A DNA stretch of 64,000 nt from Verrucomicrobiota bacterium (GTDB taxonomy: Bacteria; Verrucomicrobiota; Verrucomicrobiia; Opitutales; Cerasicoccaceae). Position numbers and translations under genes: made by a program. The stretch's first letter is position 1. The number at the start of each line of letters is the position of its first letter. Positions 46,012-55,760 of this stretch are shown one piece after another. The notes under the pieces are model-generated. The model was not told the origin of the DNA. It made no database searches and saw only the letters and a list, made by a program, of their open reading frames with translations. The stretch spans positions 96,001-160,000 of the forward strand of contig JBCBUK010000003.1 of assembly GCA_039818205.1 (NCBI GenBank). Reading direction: 5' to 3'.

Positions 46012-46896
46012 CTAGCTGTAGCCTTTTAGGCCGGTAAGTAAATCTCCGAAGGACAAATTTGATTTTTTTAAAGCCGTTAGGGCGAGCTTTGGTTTTCGTC
46101 GGCGAAGGGCCGTTGCTAGGATGCGTCGGGCGTGGTGTTGCCGTACTTTCTCAATCGCCTTCGCGCGGTCTTGTTCGGATAGTGGGCATTCCGGCGCACT
46201 GAGAGCATCACGCTGAATGACGTAACCGTTGCAAAGATACTCCATTTCGGCCGGGCCACTCTTGAATTCTTGGCCGTCGTGGCGGCGCCACCAGATGAGT
46301 GCTGGCGGGAGCAGAACGACTGACCAGCGAGCGGCAATGCGCAGCCAAAAGTCGTGGTCGGTGGCGACGCCGAAGGCACGGAAGCCATCGATCTCTTCGT
46401 AGGCGCCCTTCCGAATGATCGCGCCGGACGGGCCACAGGAGAGGCATCCGCGCCCAAGGAAATGCTTTTCGTAGGCCTCGCGGTTCGTTAGACACCAGGG
46501 GTAAGGCGAATTGTCCTCTGGTAATGAATGAGCAATACCGAGGGCGGCCTCTGGATTGGATTCCATAGCCTTTACCATGAGTTCGAGCGAGTGGGGATAG
46601 ATTACATCGTCAGCATCGACGTATTTGATGTATTTTCCTTTAGCGAGTGACGCGGCTTTACGCCGGTTGGGATAGTCTCCGAGATTCTTATCGTTCTGGT
46701 AGCTTTTAAAGCGTGGATCCTTGGCCGCGAATTCATCCATGATGGCGACCGAGCCATCCTTGGAGCCGTCGTCGACCATGATGACCTCGAAGTCTTCCCA
46801 ACTGGATGCCTGAGTGCTTTCGAGGCATTCGCGCAGAAACTTCTCACGGTTGTATACGGTAGTGAGTACTGAAACGGTTGGGTTCGGATTGGGCAC
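46012..46896 (-). CDS. Glycosyltransferase family 2
   Basis: VSVLTTVYNRE, VDDGSKD and YVDADD motifs. Confidence 0.92.
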   Translation of the reverse strand: MPNPNPTVSVLTTVYNREKFLRECLESTQASSWEDFEVIMVDDGSKDGSVAIMDEFAAKDPRFKSYQNDKNLGDYPNRRKAASLAKGKYIKYVDADDVIYPHSLELMVKAMESNPEAALGIAHSLPEDNSPYPWCLTNREAYEKHFLGRGCLSCGPSGAIIRKGAYEEIDGFRAFGVATDHDFWLRIAARWSVVLLPPALIWWRRHDGQEFKSGPAEMEYLCNGYVIQRDALSAPECPLSEQDRAKAIEKVRQHHARRILATALRRRKPKLALTALKKSNLSFGDLLTGLKGYS

Positions 46897-46907
46897 GGCT
46901 TCGTTGT

Positions 46908-47924
46908 TTAATGAGTCGGTGTTTGCTTGGCGATTGCCTGAATACGTCGCTTCTGCTTTTTGGCTAAAATTTTGGCCCAGCCACTTTTATACGCAAAGGT
47001 CTGAAGCTTCCGAACGCCTTTCCATCCTATTACAGGCAGTAGCGTTTGCAGAAGTCGGCCACCTTCCATCGGACGGCTGCTTCCTCCGAGCTCGGCGATA
47101 CGCCCTTCAGCCTGGCGAGAAAGATCCGGGAACTCTGGGTAGAATTGGTAGAGCCACATTTGGAAGCGATCTGCACAGACTTTTCGAGTGCGGTTGGAAT
47201 CTTCTCGATCAAGGATGGCTTTGGTCCCGAGGTCTGTGGTCAACCAAGCTGATTCCATTGCCTTGCGACCACTGGACCCGCTAAGCGAGGAGTTCTCTGT
47301 CTTACGATAGCCATAAAGCGCTTCTGGGGCAAAGCATGTACCTCGCGATGCCAGCAAGACTCGGATACTGAAATCGAAATCGTTGTTTAGCGAAAGGGCA
47401 GGGTTCCACTGGCCAGCGCGATGGAGGACTTCCCTGGGGATGAGCCATTTCCAGCCACCCATCATACCCTCGTTGTTAATGAGTGAGTCCATCAACCATT
47501 CGATGGGATCGTCAAAGCTTTGATTCGTAGACTCCTTACGGGCGGTTAGGCCGTCTGGCCGATCCACAAAATATGCCCAGCTGCAATCAGCTATTCTATC
47601 GGTGTGGCCATCCAAGGCGTTTAGCTGCTGCTCCAAATGTTCAGGGGCCAGCCAATCGTCCGCATCAAGAAACTTGATGTACGATCCACGGGCTTCTTGG
47701 ACTCCGCGGTTATTGGCTGCGGATTGCCCTTGGTTTTCTTGGCTAATGAGTCGAACTCGCCCGTCGGTATACTGTCCGACGGCTTCGGTCGAACCATCGC
47801 GCGAGCCATCGTCGATCACAATAATTTCAAGGTCATCTAAGGTCTGCGCCAAGGCCGAATCCAGCGCGACCTTGATCCAGGGTTCCGCGTTATATGCTGG
47901 GATGATGATCGATACTAGCGGCAC
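46908..47924 (-). CDS. Glycosyltransferase family 2
   Basis: VSIIIPAYNA, IDDGSRD and FLDADD motifs; GTG start at 47924. Confidence 0.92.
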   Translation of the reverse strand: MPLVSIIIPAYNAEPWIKVALDSALAQTLDDLEIIVIDDGSRDGSTEAVGQYTDGRVRLISQENQGQSAANNRGVQEARGSYIKFLDADDWLAPEHLEQQLNALDGHTDRIADCSWAYFVDRPDGLTARKESTNQSFDDPIEWLMDSLINNEGMMGGWKWLIPREVLHRAGQWNPALSLNNDFDFSIRVLLASRGTCFAPEALYGYRKTENSSLSGSSGRKAMESAWLTTDLGTKAILDREDSNRTRKVCADRFQMWLYQFYPEFPDLSRQAEGRIAELGGSSRPMEGGRLLQTLLPVIGWKGVRKLQTFAYKSGWAKILAKKQKRRIQAIAKQTPTH

Positions 47925-48907
47925 GGCTTGATTGCGGTCAGCTTTCCGATGATTAGGTCCGACATCTCGCGACGCCATCCCCGGGCAAACTCGGGATAGT
48001 TGTTAAGTAGATTGTCGGCGTTTTGGTGAAAATCAAAGAGCTTCTGAAAACGGGGGCGAATGGGTTCGCAGCTCGGCTGCTCGAGCAGCCGAAGGTGTAG
48101 GTAGTGAACGTTCAATGGCCAGTAGTCCCAGTGCGCTAGGTCATCGAATGATTTAAATAGGTAACTGGTGCCGCCAATATGCCAAGTGTCTTTGTCTTCG
48201 CCCGGAATGTGCCGATAGCTATAACCGAGGTGTTTGGCGGCAACCCAATATTGTTGCAGTGTGTCGTAGTAGTCCTTGTTCCGCTCCAGTACTTGGCCAT
48301 CAGGAATGCCCGCTTCACGCAGAATCTTACGGGCCTTTGCGTTGGGGAGCTTACTGTTTTCGGCCGTGATACCGTGCTCCCTCTTCAGCTTTTGCATCAG
48401 CCCGCCATTGAGTAACAGTAAGAAGGTTTCTGGAAAGGTGGGTCGCTCATCGCGCGTTTTGCGAAGAAATGGTCCAACTGCAAATTCTTTGTCCAGGTCG
48501 AGAGATAGCTCGTTCCAGTAGTCGGCGCGTCCGATAAAGCAATCGGCATCCTGAATGCAAAAGACTCCTTGGTGACCGCGTGCGAGGTGATTGATTACGA
48601 CACCGTGTTGAATCAAGGTTTCACTATTGCTGCTAAATGAATTCAGCAAATCAAGGAAAGGTGTATGAGGGCAACGCTTGCTTAACCATTCGCGGTCGGC
48701 GGCGGTGAGCCCATTGTCAACGAGCACCGGTTGAACGTGATCGGCAGCGTTTTGTACCGCTAGTGGCGTCAGGTGGACAAGGTGGGGGGTAACCACAATG
48801 TAGGACTGCATTTTTGCCGGATCAAAGCGACGAATCTGCGCCATCGCTTTTTGGTCATTGATCAATGCCAATAGCTTTAAACGAAACTGAGCGATTAGGG
48901 AACTCAT
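47915..48907 (-). CDS. Hypothetical protein, possible divergent GT-A glycosyltransferase
   Basis: VDNG, HG..IN, QDADCF (DxD), YDT and HIGGTS, in GT-A-like order. Confidence 0.55.
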   Translation of the reverse strand: MSSLIAQFRLKLLALINDQKAMAQIRRFDPAKMQSYIVVTPHLVHLTPLAVQNAADHVQPVLVDNGLTAADREWLSKRCPHTPFLDLLNSFSSNSETLIQHGVVINHLARGHQGVFCIQDADCFIGRADYWNELSLDLDKEFAVGPFLRKTRDERPTFPETFLLLLNGGLMQKLKREHGITAENSKLPNAKARKILREAGIPDGQVLERNKDYYDTLQQYWVAAKHLGYSYRHIPGEDKDTWHIGGTSYLFKSFDDLAHWDYWPLNVHYLHLRLLEQPSCEPIRPRFQKLFDFHQNADNLLNNYPEFARGWRREMSDLIIGKLTAIKPCR

Positions 48908-48931
48908 TGAGATTTGATTCGGTAGAGAGCG

Positions 48932-50002
48932 TTATCCGGTCGGTTGAAGCGCGTGCAGTCGTTGGCGATGTTTTGGTGCAATCGGAGCTTTTTCAAACAG
49001 CGAAGGAGGAGGGAAAAAGGTCTTGGGAAGGATGAGTTTCGCTAGACGCTGGGCGACACGCATTGGCAAGCGAGTTTGTTGCCAGGTCTTGTGCCCAAGC
49101 CGGCAATAACAGCTCATGAATGCGCTCCACAGAATAGGTGGATTCATATTGCTTTTCCAACCACTTAGAGCCTGTTCGATTGCGGTCCAATTCGCTGTGT
49201 TCTTGAAGATAAGATACTCCAGTTCGATGAAATACTGGGCGTTCCAAGCAGTCGTGAACCGATCCGTTTGCTTATACTCGCGAATCGCTTGCCAGCCCTG
49301 CTCGAGACGAACTAGGCGGGAAGCGAGAATTGGATTGGTTCGTTTATTGGTGACACGATCATCATCGGCTCGACGAACGAAATGGTCCGGTGTTGCGTCG
49401 GCCTCTTTGCGGTAAGGAATACCTTCCAACAAGGCTCGCATGTGCAAGTCGGAATCGTCTCCATAGAAGACTCGTTCATTGAAGCCGTGGATGCTGGTAA
49501 AAGCACTGCGTCGCCAAAGAGGTGATGACGTATGCCAAGGAGAATCCGACGACAGAAAACGGGTGAGGTCGTCGCGGCTGGAATCCAGTTCGTTCCAAAG
49601 GACATCTTGGTCTCCAGGGACATTTTGAAACAGAGCGACGGGAAATACGATGAAACCAGCATCCGGATTCGATTCCATTGCCGCGCGACGCTGCTCAAGG
49701 CACCATGGCGCCATCCAATCGTCCGAGTCGACAAACATGATCCACTCGCCACGGGCTTGTTTAACACCGAGGTTGCGACAGCGTGACGGGCCTTTGTCAC
49801 CGTCGGTTCTTTGGAATACCCGGATACGGCTCCGATCAGAGAGGTCGTGCAAGGCTTTGAGCGTCTGTTGGTTCGAACCGTCGTCTACAATGATCAGTTC
49901 CCAGTTCGGATCCGTTTGCGACTTGATCGAATCGATGGTGATCTTGATAAGATCGACTCGCTCGAAATGGGGAATGACGATGGAGATCAGCTCGTTGCTC
50001 AT
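48932..50002 (-). CDS. Glycosyltransferase family 2
   Basis: ISIVIPHFER, VDDGS, RNLG and FVDSDD motifs. Confidence 0.9.
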   Translation of the reverse strand: MSNELISIVIPHFERVDLIKITIDSIKSQTDPNWELIIVDDGSNQQTLKALHDLSDRSRIRVFQRTDGDKGPSRCRNLGVKQARGEWIMFVDSDDWMAPWCLEQRRAAMESNPDAGFIVFPVALFQNVPGDQDVLWNELDSSRDDLTRFLSSDSPWHTSSPLWRRSAFTSIHGFNERVFYGDDSDLHMRALLEGIPYRKEADATPDHFVRRADDDRVTNKRTNPILASRLVRLEQGWQAIREYKQTDRFTTAWNAQYFIELEYLIFKNTANWTAIEQALSGWKSNMNPPILWSAFMSCYCRLGHKTWQQTRLPMRVAQRLAKLILPKTFFPPPSLFEKAPIAPKHRQRLHALQPTG

Positions 50003-50790
50003 GACTCCGTATTGTCGGTGGATTTACCGGAACGCTGGCAGCCGCGGCGGATGAAATTGATGGCTCGTCCAGGTAGGGACCGGTTGAGTTTATCTTGATC
50101 GAGTTGCCATCCGACTTTTGCGGCAGGGTTGGCTCGGTTGTGGTTGAGCGTTTTGCCCAGTGGCCAAAGATTGTGTGGCCAGAGGTAGCGATAGGGCTCG
50201 GGAACAAATCCACTGTCATTGGCGACGGAGTAGTCACGAGCAACGCCGTCATGGAGGTGGTGGCACTTGATAGATAGGCCAGGATTGAACACAGTGAGCC
50301 CGCATGCCTGCATCTCGAACAGTAGACGGTTATCGCATCGCGGAACACCGAGAGGGAAATTTGTTTCAAGGTTTTCAGGAATGGACGCAAATGCCCAAGC
50401 GTCTTGGCTATCGTTGCGATAGAACAGTTTGGTATCGCCATTTGCACAATCATCCCAACGTGCCAGCGCCCACGCCTGGTTTTCGCTTAGCTCTTGTGAA
50501 GCGAGCGCAATCGATTCCTCAAAATAGATGTCGGCGTTGGCGATCAACGTGATGTCGCCTTCGCGGTGGATCTCGCGTGCCCAGCTTACGTAGTCATCCA
50601 ACAGTGGTCGTTGATCGATAGGTCGGGTTTTTAGCTTTGGGTCGGTATCGGGGAGTGCTGGGTTTCCTTCGACCAGCAGGCAAACCTCGTCGATGGCGCT
50701 AAGTGCCAAGTTCCGCTCAAGGCACAAGCGCATCTCTGCGGTTCGCTTGTTATTTGAGGTGATGTAAGCTGTGCTAAAGAGGCGAATCAT
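49999..50790 (-). CDS. Hypothetical protein, possible GT-A-fold enzyme
   Basis: NADIYF, ALARWD, SQDAW, GVPRCDN and HHLH motifs; translationally coupled on both sides. Confidence 0.6.
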   Translation of the reverse strand: MIRLFSTAYITSNNKRTAEMRLCLERNLALSAIDEVCLLVEGNPALPDTDPKLKTRPIDQRPLLDDYVSWAREIHREGDITLIANADIYFEESIALASQELSENQAWALARWDDCANGDTKLFYRNDSQDAWAFASIPENLETNFPLGVPRCDNRLLFEMQACGLTVFNPGLSIKCHHLHDGVARDYSVANDSGFVPEPYRYLWPHNLWPLGKTLNHNRANPAAKVGWQLDQDKLNRSLPGRAINFIRRGCQRSGKSTDNTES

Positions 50791-52004
50791 GAATTAACTT
50801 TGCGTAACAAAGCTTCTTGGTAGGTGTCCAGGTATCGTCGTGCTGTCTGGATATCGGAATAAACCTCGTGGGCTGCTTGGCTGATCAGCTTGCGTTCAAA
50901 GGAGTGATCGATAGCGCGTTTGATTGCGCTTCCAAACGAAGTGGAGTCCACTTGTTCGGCAAGCATGCCATTTACGCCCGATTGAATCATTTCGGGAACG
51001 CCGCCAACTGCGTTGCTAACCACCGGAGTGCCGCAGCAGAGCGATTCGGCAATGACGTTTGGCAGATTGTCCTCGCGAGTTGGGAGCACAAAGAGGTCCG
51101 CGGCAGAGTAGAGTAGGGCCATCAAGCGCTCATCGGCTACGGTCCCAACGTATTCAATCGGGAGCTTAGTTGAATCAAATTTGCCCGCGCCAGCTGCCAC
51201 GAGCATCCACTCATCCGGAAGGTCGAGTTGCTTTAAAGTTTCTAAAAGCAGGTCGGCACCTTTACGGGGATCATCCAGGCGCTCAGCGACAAAGAAAATT
51301 ATTTTCCGATCGCTTGGTAAATTGAAAACGCTTCGGGCAAAGGGCTGTGGATAGGGTTTGAACGTCTTCGAATCTAGCCCATTGGCAATTGACAGGTTAG
51401 GGTGGTTCTTATGGACGAATGAATCTCCTGCCAGCTTGCTGAGCCACTGGGACGGACAAACGATTGAAAGGTTCTGGGCTGAGCCGATCAAAGAAGCTTG
51501 CTGCTTTATGACGGTTTCGTTGTGGGACTGCAACGCTTGCGGAGCTCGGTTTTGGTCAGTCGAATAGTGGAAACCTCCGAGGAAACTGTGCATGTCATGC
51601 AGCGTCCATACAATGGGCTTTGAAATCGACGGGAAAAACCTATTCCAATTGATCAAACCTGATGTCCAATGAAGGTGAACGATGTCCGCCTTGCGTACCG
51701 ATTCGTTTTGCTCGACCAAATGATCCGTCTCCAAACTGGAGTAGAAAACATTGGCCTGCATCTGTTCACAGAAAAGCTGATGCTTCTGTTGAGCGGTAAC
51801 GGGGCGGTTGACCTTCATCAAGACGCGTTCATAGAAGCGCAGGTAGCGTTTCGGTATCCCGATATAGCCCAGTTCTGAATCGTCGGATACGTCGAGTGCT
51901 AGATAGTGAGAATCAACGCCAAGTTCTCGCATCGCCCGATGAATTCGAAAAGCGGCTGATCCAGCGCCTCCTTGGCGATATGCCGTTAGGTGGACGACTT
52001 TCAT
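50787..52004 (-). CDS. Glycosyltransferase family 4 (WcaC-like)
   Basis: GGAGSAAFRIH, WTLHDM, PSQWL and DNLPNVIAES motifs; true start ATG 52004 (ATGA overlap), not 52460. Confidence 0.9.
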   Translation of the reverse strand: MKVVHLTAYRQGGAGSAAFRIHRAMRELGVDSHYLALDVSDDSELGYIGIPKRYLRFYERVLMKVNRPVTAQQKHQLFCEQMQANVFYSSLETDHLVEQNESVRKADIVHLHWTSGLINWNRFFPSISKPIVWTLHDMHSFLGGFHYSTDQNRAPQALQSHNETVIKQQASLIGSAQNLSIVCPSQWLSKLAGDSFVHKNHPNLSIANGLDSKTFKPYPQPFARSVFNLPSDRKIIFFVAERLDDPRKGADLLLETLKQLDLPDEWMLVAAGAGKFDSTKLPIEYVGTVADERLMALLYSAADLFVLPTREDNLPNVIAESLCCGTPVVSNAVGGVPEMIQSGVNGMLAEQVDSTSFGSAIKRAIDHSFERKLISQAAHEVYSDIQTARRYLDTYQEALLRKVNS

Positions 52005-52945
52005 GCGAAGCGTTTGCTCAGTCGATGTTTCAATCGACCAAGCTCTCCCTTTAGGTGATTTATCGGCGTAGCTTCTGGTCCCCAGCGAAGAAAAGCTTGA
52101 AGCGCGAAACGGCCCAGCGAGGAGACCTTGGCATTCTGTTTGTTGACAGAAACTTGATCCGCAAGCTCGACGCGATACCGTTTCTCTTCGTTGTGCACGA
52201 AGTTTTCTCCGCTGCCATCGACGCCAATGTTTCGGACCAGCGATTGACTCGGAGTCAGGCATAGACCGCCACCGAGAAAGATGGAAGTGGCCCAGAATAT
52301 CGCCCAAGTCTTTATCTCGCCCCGTTGGTTTCGTTCGAGTTGGTCGGAGTATCCGTTGCATCCGCCCAAATTGAATTCGGTATGAGTCTCGGGCGTTGCG
52401 TTGACCTCCTCGAGCAGCTTCTTCACGTCCCATTCCGCATGTTTCCAGCGATCCTTCCAAGTTGCCCAGCCCCAGCAGCTCATGTGGCGAAGGAAAAACG
52501 TTTCTGGAAGCAGGGATGCATAGGGAGACTGATTGAAGAATCCTGATATATGCCAGACGGTTTTTACGTCTTGGTAGGTCTCCAAGGCAGAATTCATATA
52601 CTCCAAGAAACCTGGCGAGGTGACCAAATCATCTTCGACAACGATCACCCGTCCGTGAGACTCCAAGAGCTCACTCGCTCCGCCGCGAATCGAAGCGGCA
52701 AGGCCTCGGTTCTCGGCCGATTCATGGATGACAACGGTGCCGCACCAGTCTTGTTCGCGGATAAGCGTGCGGACCTCGTGGATCCGTTGCTGCGTTTCAG
52801 CACTGGCGTCTGGCTTGGGACCGTCGGAGTATATGTGCAACTCCGACTGATCAGCCATGCGGTTGCGAGACAATGCTTCTAGCGTCTGCCGGAGGTGGTC
52901 CGGCCGCGCGTAGGCGAACAACGCGATGGGAGCAAGGTTGGGCAC
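52001..52945 (-). CDS. GT-A nucleotide-diphospho-sugar transferase
   Basis: FAYARP, NRGLA, VEDDL, WGWATWKDRW and NIGVDGSG motifs. Confidence 0.85.
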   Translation of the reverse strand: MPNLAPIALFAYARPDHLRQTLEALSRNRMADQSELHIYSDGPKPDASAETQQRIHEVRTLIREQDWCGTVVIHESAENRGLAASIRGGASELLESHGRVIVVEDDLVTSPGFLEYMNSALETYQDVKTVWHISGFFNQSPYASLLPETFFLRHMSCWGWATWKDRWKHAEWDVKKLLEEVNATPETHTEFNLGGCNGYSDQLERNQRGEIKTWAIFWATSIFLGGGLCLTPSQSLVRNIGVDGSGENFVHNEEKRYRVELADQVSVNKQNAKVSSLGRFALQAFLRWGPEATPINHLKGELGRLKHRLSKRFA

Positions 52946-52957
52946 TCGGTCGGGAGC

Positions 52958-53947
52958 TTAACTAGGAATTGGCTGTCCGTAGAATGCCAGGGCCTGGCGA
53001 ATACCCTCTCGGAAGGAGGTTTTGTATTCGAATCCCAATTCTTTCTGTTTGGTGGTGTCGCCACCGCGGGCAAAAACTCCTGCGGGTTTGTCGGAGAGGC
53101 CAACGACTTCAGGCTCGTAGCCACATTCTTCGGCGGCGATTCGAGCAAACTGTTTGAAGCTGGTGTAGATGCCGGTCGAAAGGTTAAGCGCATCACCATT
53201 GTCGATCTTGTCGATCGATGAAAGAACCCCATCGACGCAGTCTTCGATGTGAATGAAGTCCCGCATTTGGTCACCGGTTCCCCAAACCGTGAGGGTATCT
53301 TCGCCAATGTGAGCCATAGCGCGCTTGCAAATGCTCGGGAATGGATAGCTGTCGTCCTGGTCCTCGCCATAGCCAGAGAACGGGCGGTAGCAAGCGGACT
53401 TCAATCCATGCTTCTCGTAGGCGAGCCGAGCAAGGTATTCGCAGGTGAGTTTGGCCCAGCCATAAGACATGTCGGGCATCCCGATGTCGTCATCAAACAC
53501 GATCATGTCTTCGCGCAGGAGCTCATAACCTTCGGCGCGTTGGCGCGCAATCGGGTAGGCGGCGCTTGAGCTAAAGCATGCAGTTTTAGCCGGTTTCGCT
53601 TTCTCAGCCCATTGCCAATATTCGGCGTCGATGGAGAGGTCGTCAGCAACTGCCAAGGGACGATTTTCAATCATGGCGCGGCCACCAACCATTGCGGCTA
53701 GGTGGAAGACATAGTCGAAGTCATCGTCTTCATGCTTCACGAACCAGTCGCGGCAGTCTTCTTTGTGAAAAATGAAATTGGAGTAGTCATTGGGGTTAAA
53801 CATCGGCCAACCCTCAGTTGGGTCGATGCCGCCAGTGAATTCGGCAACAGGGTCCACGCAGTGGACTTCATCGCCAGCGTCGAGAAAACGTTTACAGAAA
53901 CGGCGACCGACGAATCCGGCGCCTCCAGTGATCAGTACTTTTTTCAT
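52958..53947 (-). CDS. NAD-dependent nucleotide-sugar epimerase/dehydratase (extended SDR)
   Basis: TGGAGFVG, HLAAMVGG, SSSAAYP, YGWAK and VWGTGDQMRDFIHI motifs. Confidence 0.92.
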   Translation of the reverse strand: MKKVLITGGAGFVGRRFCKRFLDAGDEVHCVDPVAEFTGGIDPTEGWPMFNPNDYSNFIFHKEDCRDWFVKHEDDDFDYVFHLAAMVGGRAMIENRPLAVADDLSIDAEYWQWAEKAKPAKTACFSSSAAYPIARQRAEGYELLREDMIVFDDDIGMPDMSYGWAKLTCEYLARLAYEKHGLKSACYRPFSGYGEDQDDSYPFPSICKRAMAHIGEDTLTVWGTGDQMRDFIHIEDCVDGVLSSIDKIDNGDALNLSTGIYTSFKQFARIAAEECGYEPEVVGLSDKPAGVFARGGDTTKQKELGFEYKTSFREGIRQALAFYGQPIPS

Positions 53948-53968
53948 AGTAGATAGAAGGGTTAATTT

Positions 53969-55075
53969 TTAAGCGGTTGTCGCAGCCTTGATCGTCGACT
54001 CATAGAGATCGATATACATTTGGGCGCATTGTTTCGGGGACCATTCATCAAGGGCCAGTCTTTGGTTCTTTTGTCCGAGATCGGCGTCCGTGAGTTTGAA
54101 AGCTTCATCCAACGCCGCTGCCGCTGTATCAGGCTTGTCTGGATCAAAGGTCGGGTTTCCAGTACTTTTGAGGAGTGAGCCGACATCCAGGGAATCTGGA
54201 CCAACGATGACTTTACCAAATGTCATCCCGAGGGTGATGTTGCCTGAGTTCAGGACTTTCAGGCGCGGGATAAACAAGACGTCAGCAGCATGGAGATAGT
54301 ATTGAGCATCCTCTTCTTGCACAAAGCCATAGTTGAAACGGTGTTTGCCACTATTGCGATAGTACCAGCGTTTGGCATCGCGAATCCAATACTTAAGGCG
54401 GATCCATGATACATCGGCAAGGCGCTCCCGCCAACGAGATGCGAGGAGGAACTTGTTTGAAGTTGTGGCACCGTTAAAGGCATTGAGGATCAAATCGGTT
54501 TCTTCGTCGTTGCGAATCGCACCAAAAATAAGAACTACTTTTCGATCCATCGGAATCCCAAGCTTCCTGCGCGATTCTTCGCGGTTCGTTTCATTGGGCA
54601 AGGAGCAATAGTTGTGGTGGGGAATCAAGCTATGAACCGGCTTGCCCTGAGAGAATGTTGTATTTGCATACCGCTCCTCAAACTCGTCGACACTTGGGGA
54701 GTCAAAATGGGCAACGCCATTGGCATAGCTATAATAGAGCTCGTAGATGCGCTCCCATTCTTTCGACTGTGTTTTACTATGTGGCGTTAAGACGTGACGG
54801 GTGATTACGATTCGGCTTTTTGACGACCAATACTTCAAGCGTTTTTCAATCTCACCGATCATCTCTTCGCTAATCGCGCCCTCACGATAGGCATCTTGTA
54901 TCTCCATCGTTAGATACTCCGGAAAATGCAGATGGACGACATCGTAGTCGCCCTCGCAATTCCAATAGTCTTCATGCGAGTGGATCAATTCGATGCCGAG
55001 TTCGATCAGGGCTCCGTTTAAATCCACCAAAAAGCGGTTGGTTGGGAGCGGGATATTGGCGACTAGTACTTTCAT
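53969..55075 (-). CDS. GT-B glycosyltransferase (GT4-like)
   Basis: VHLHFPE, IPHHNY, FGAIR and LNSGNITLGMTFG motifs. Confidence 0.72.
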   Translation of the reverse strand: MKVLVANIPLPTNRFLVDLNGALIELGIELIHSHEDYWNCEGDYDVVHLHFPEYLTMEIQDAYREGAISEEMIGEIEKRLKYWSSKSRIVITRHVLTPHSKTQSKEWERIYELYYSYANGVAHFDSPSVDEFEERYANTTFSQGKPVHSLIPHHNYCSLPNETNREESRRKLGIPMDRKVVLIFGAIRNDEETDLILNAFNGATTSNKFLLASRWRERLADVSWIRLKYWIRDAKRWYYRNSGKHRFNYGFVQEEDAQYYLHAADVLFIPRLKVLNSGNITLGMTFGKVIVGPDSLDVGSLLKSTGNPTFDPDKPDTAAAALDEAFKLTDADLGQKNQRLALDEWSPKQCAQMYIDLYESTIKAATTA

Positions 55076-55092
55076 CGTCGTAGCTTAAGAAA

Positions 55093-55758
55093 TTAGGACT
55101 TTGGTTCGTTTGGGTATTGGCCCAGTGTAAAATCGTGCCGATAAATCTTCCGGACTATTTCATTCATTTCCGGTGTCCACACCGTTTTGGCATTCAGGTG
55201 CTTGGTGCTGTTTGCGTAGGAGTCGACTCTTATCCCGGGGATCTCAGCGAATCGCTCACGGTCTTCGATCCGTATGATTTCACATCCCGGCAAAGCCAGG
55301 AGGCGTTTATTGCCAAGCGTCAGGCGGTTCGACCAATGTTGCGGCTGGAAGTGGCCGTCAAATGAATGAAGCTTGGGTAGGAGTTTGACGAAATCTTCGA
55401 ACGAGAAATTGAGAAATGCTTCGGCAATTTTTTGGTCGCTGTCGGACTCCGTGATTCCGATGTACGGATAAATTAGCCGATGGCATGCTTGCCAATAAAA
55501 ACCGTCTACCGCGATGCGTTGGGGTTGTTTGCGATACTTGTCCTTAAAACACGACTCGATCCGTGCGTAGGGCTCGCGAACTACGAAGTATGCCCGGCGT
55601 GGGTTGGATGCTTTCGTTAGGGCCCGTAGGAAAATCCGCGGAGTCAAATTGATGTTTAGCTCCTTCCATTCATCAGATTGATTAAACTGGCTGTAGGTTG
55701 CCTTATAGCTAACAAACGCTAAGGTGCCGTCGCCGGAGCTGGATCTAAATACGGGCAT
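55093..55758 (-). CDS. Sulfotransferase family 2 protein
   Basis: Degenerate 5'-PSB motif YKATYS, 3'-PB motif VREPYARIES, HFQPQ and IYRHDF. Confidence 0.75.
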   Translation of the reverse strand: MPVFRSSSGDGTLAFVSYKATYSQFNQSDEWKELNINLTPRIFLRALTKASNPRRAYFVVREPYARIESCFKDKYRKQPQRIAVDGFYWQACHRLIYPYIGITESDSDQKIAEAFLNFSFEDFVKLLPKLHSFDGHFQPQHWSNRLTLGNKRLLALPGCEIIRIEDRERFAEIPGIRVDSYANSTKHLNAKTVWTPEMNEIVRKIYRHDFTLGQYPNEPKS

Positions 55759-55760
55759 GC

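Noticed and set aside
52005..52460. 152-aa N-terminal extension of the WcaC-like GT4 in the ORF track
   Set aside because: It overlaps the upstream GT in another frame; the ATG at 52004 forms an ATGA coupling and matches the family N-terminus.
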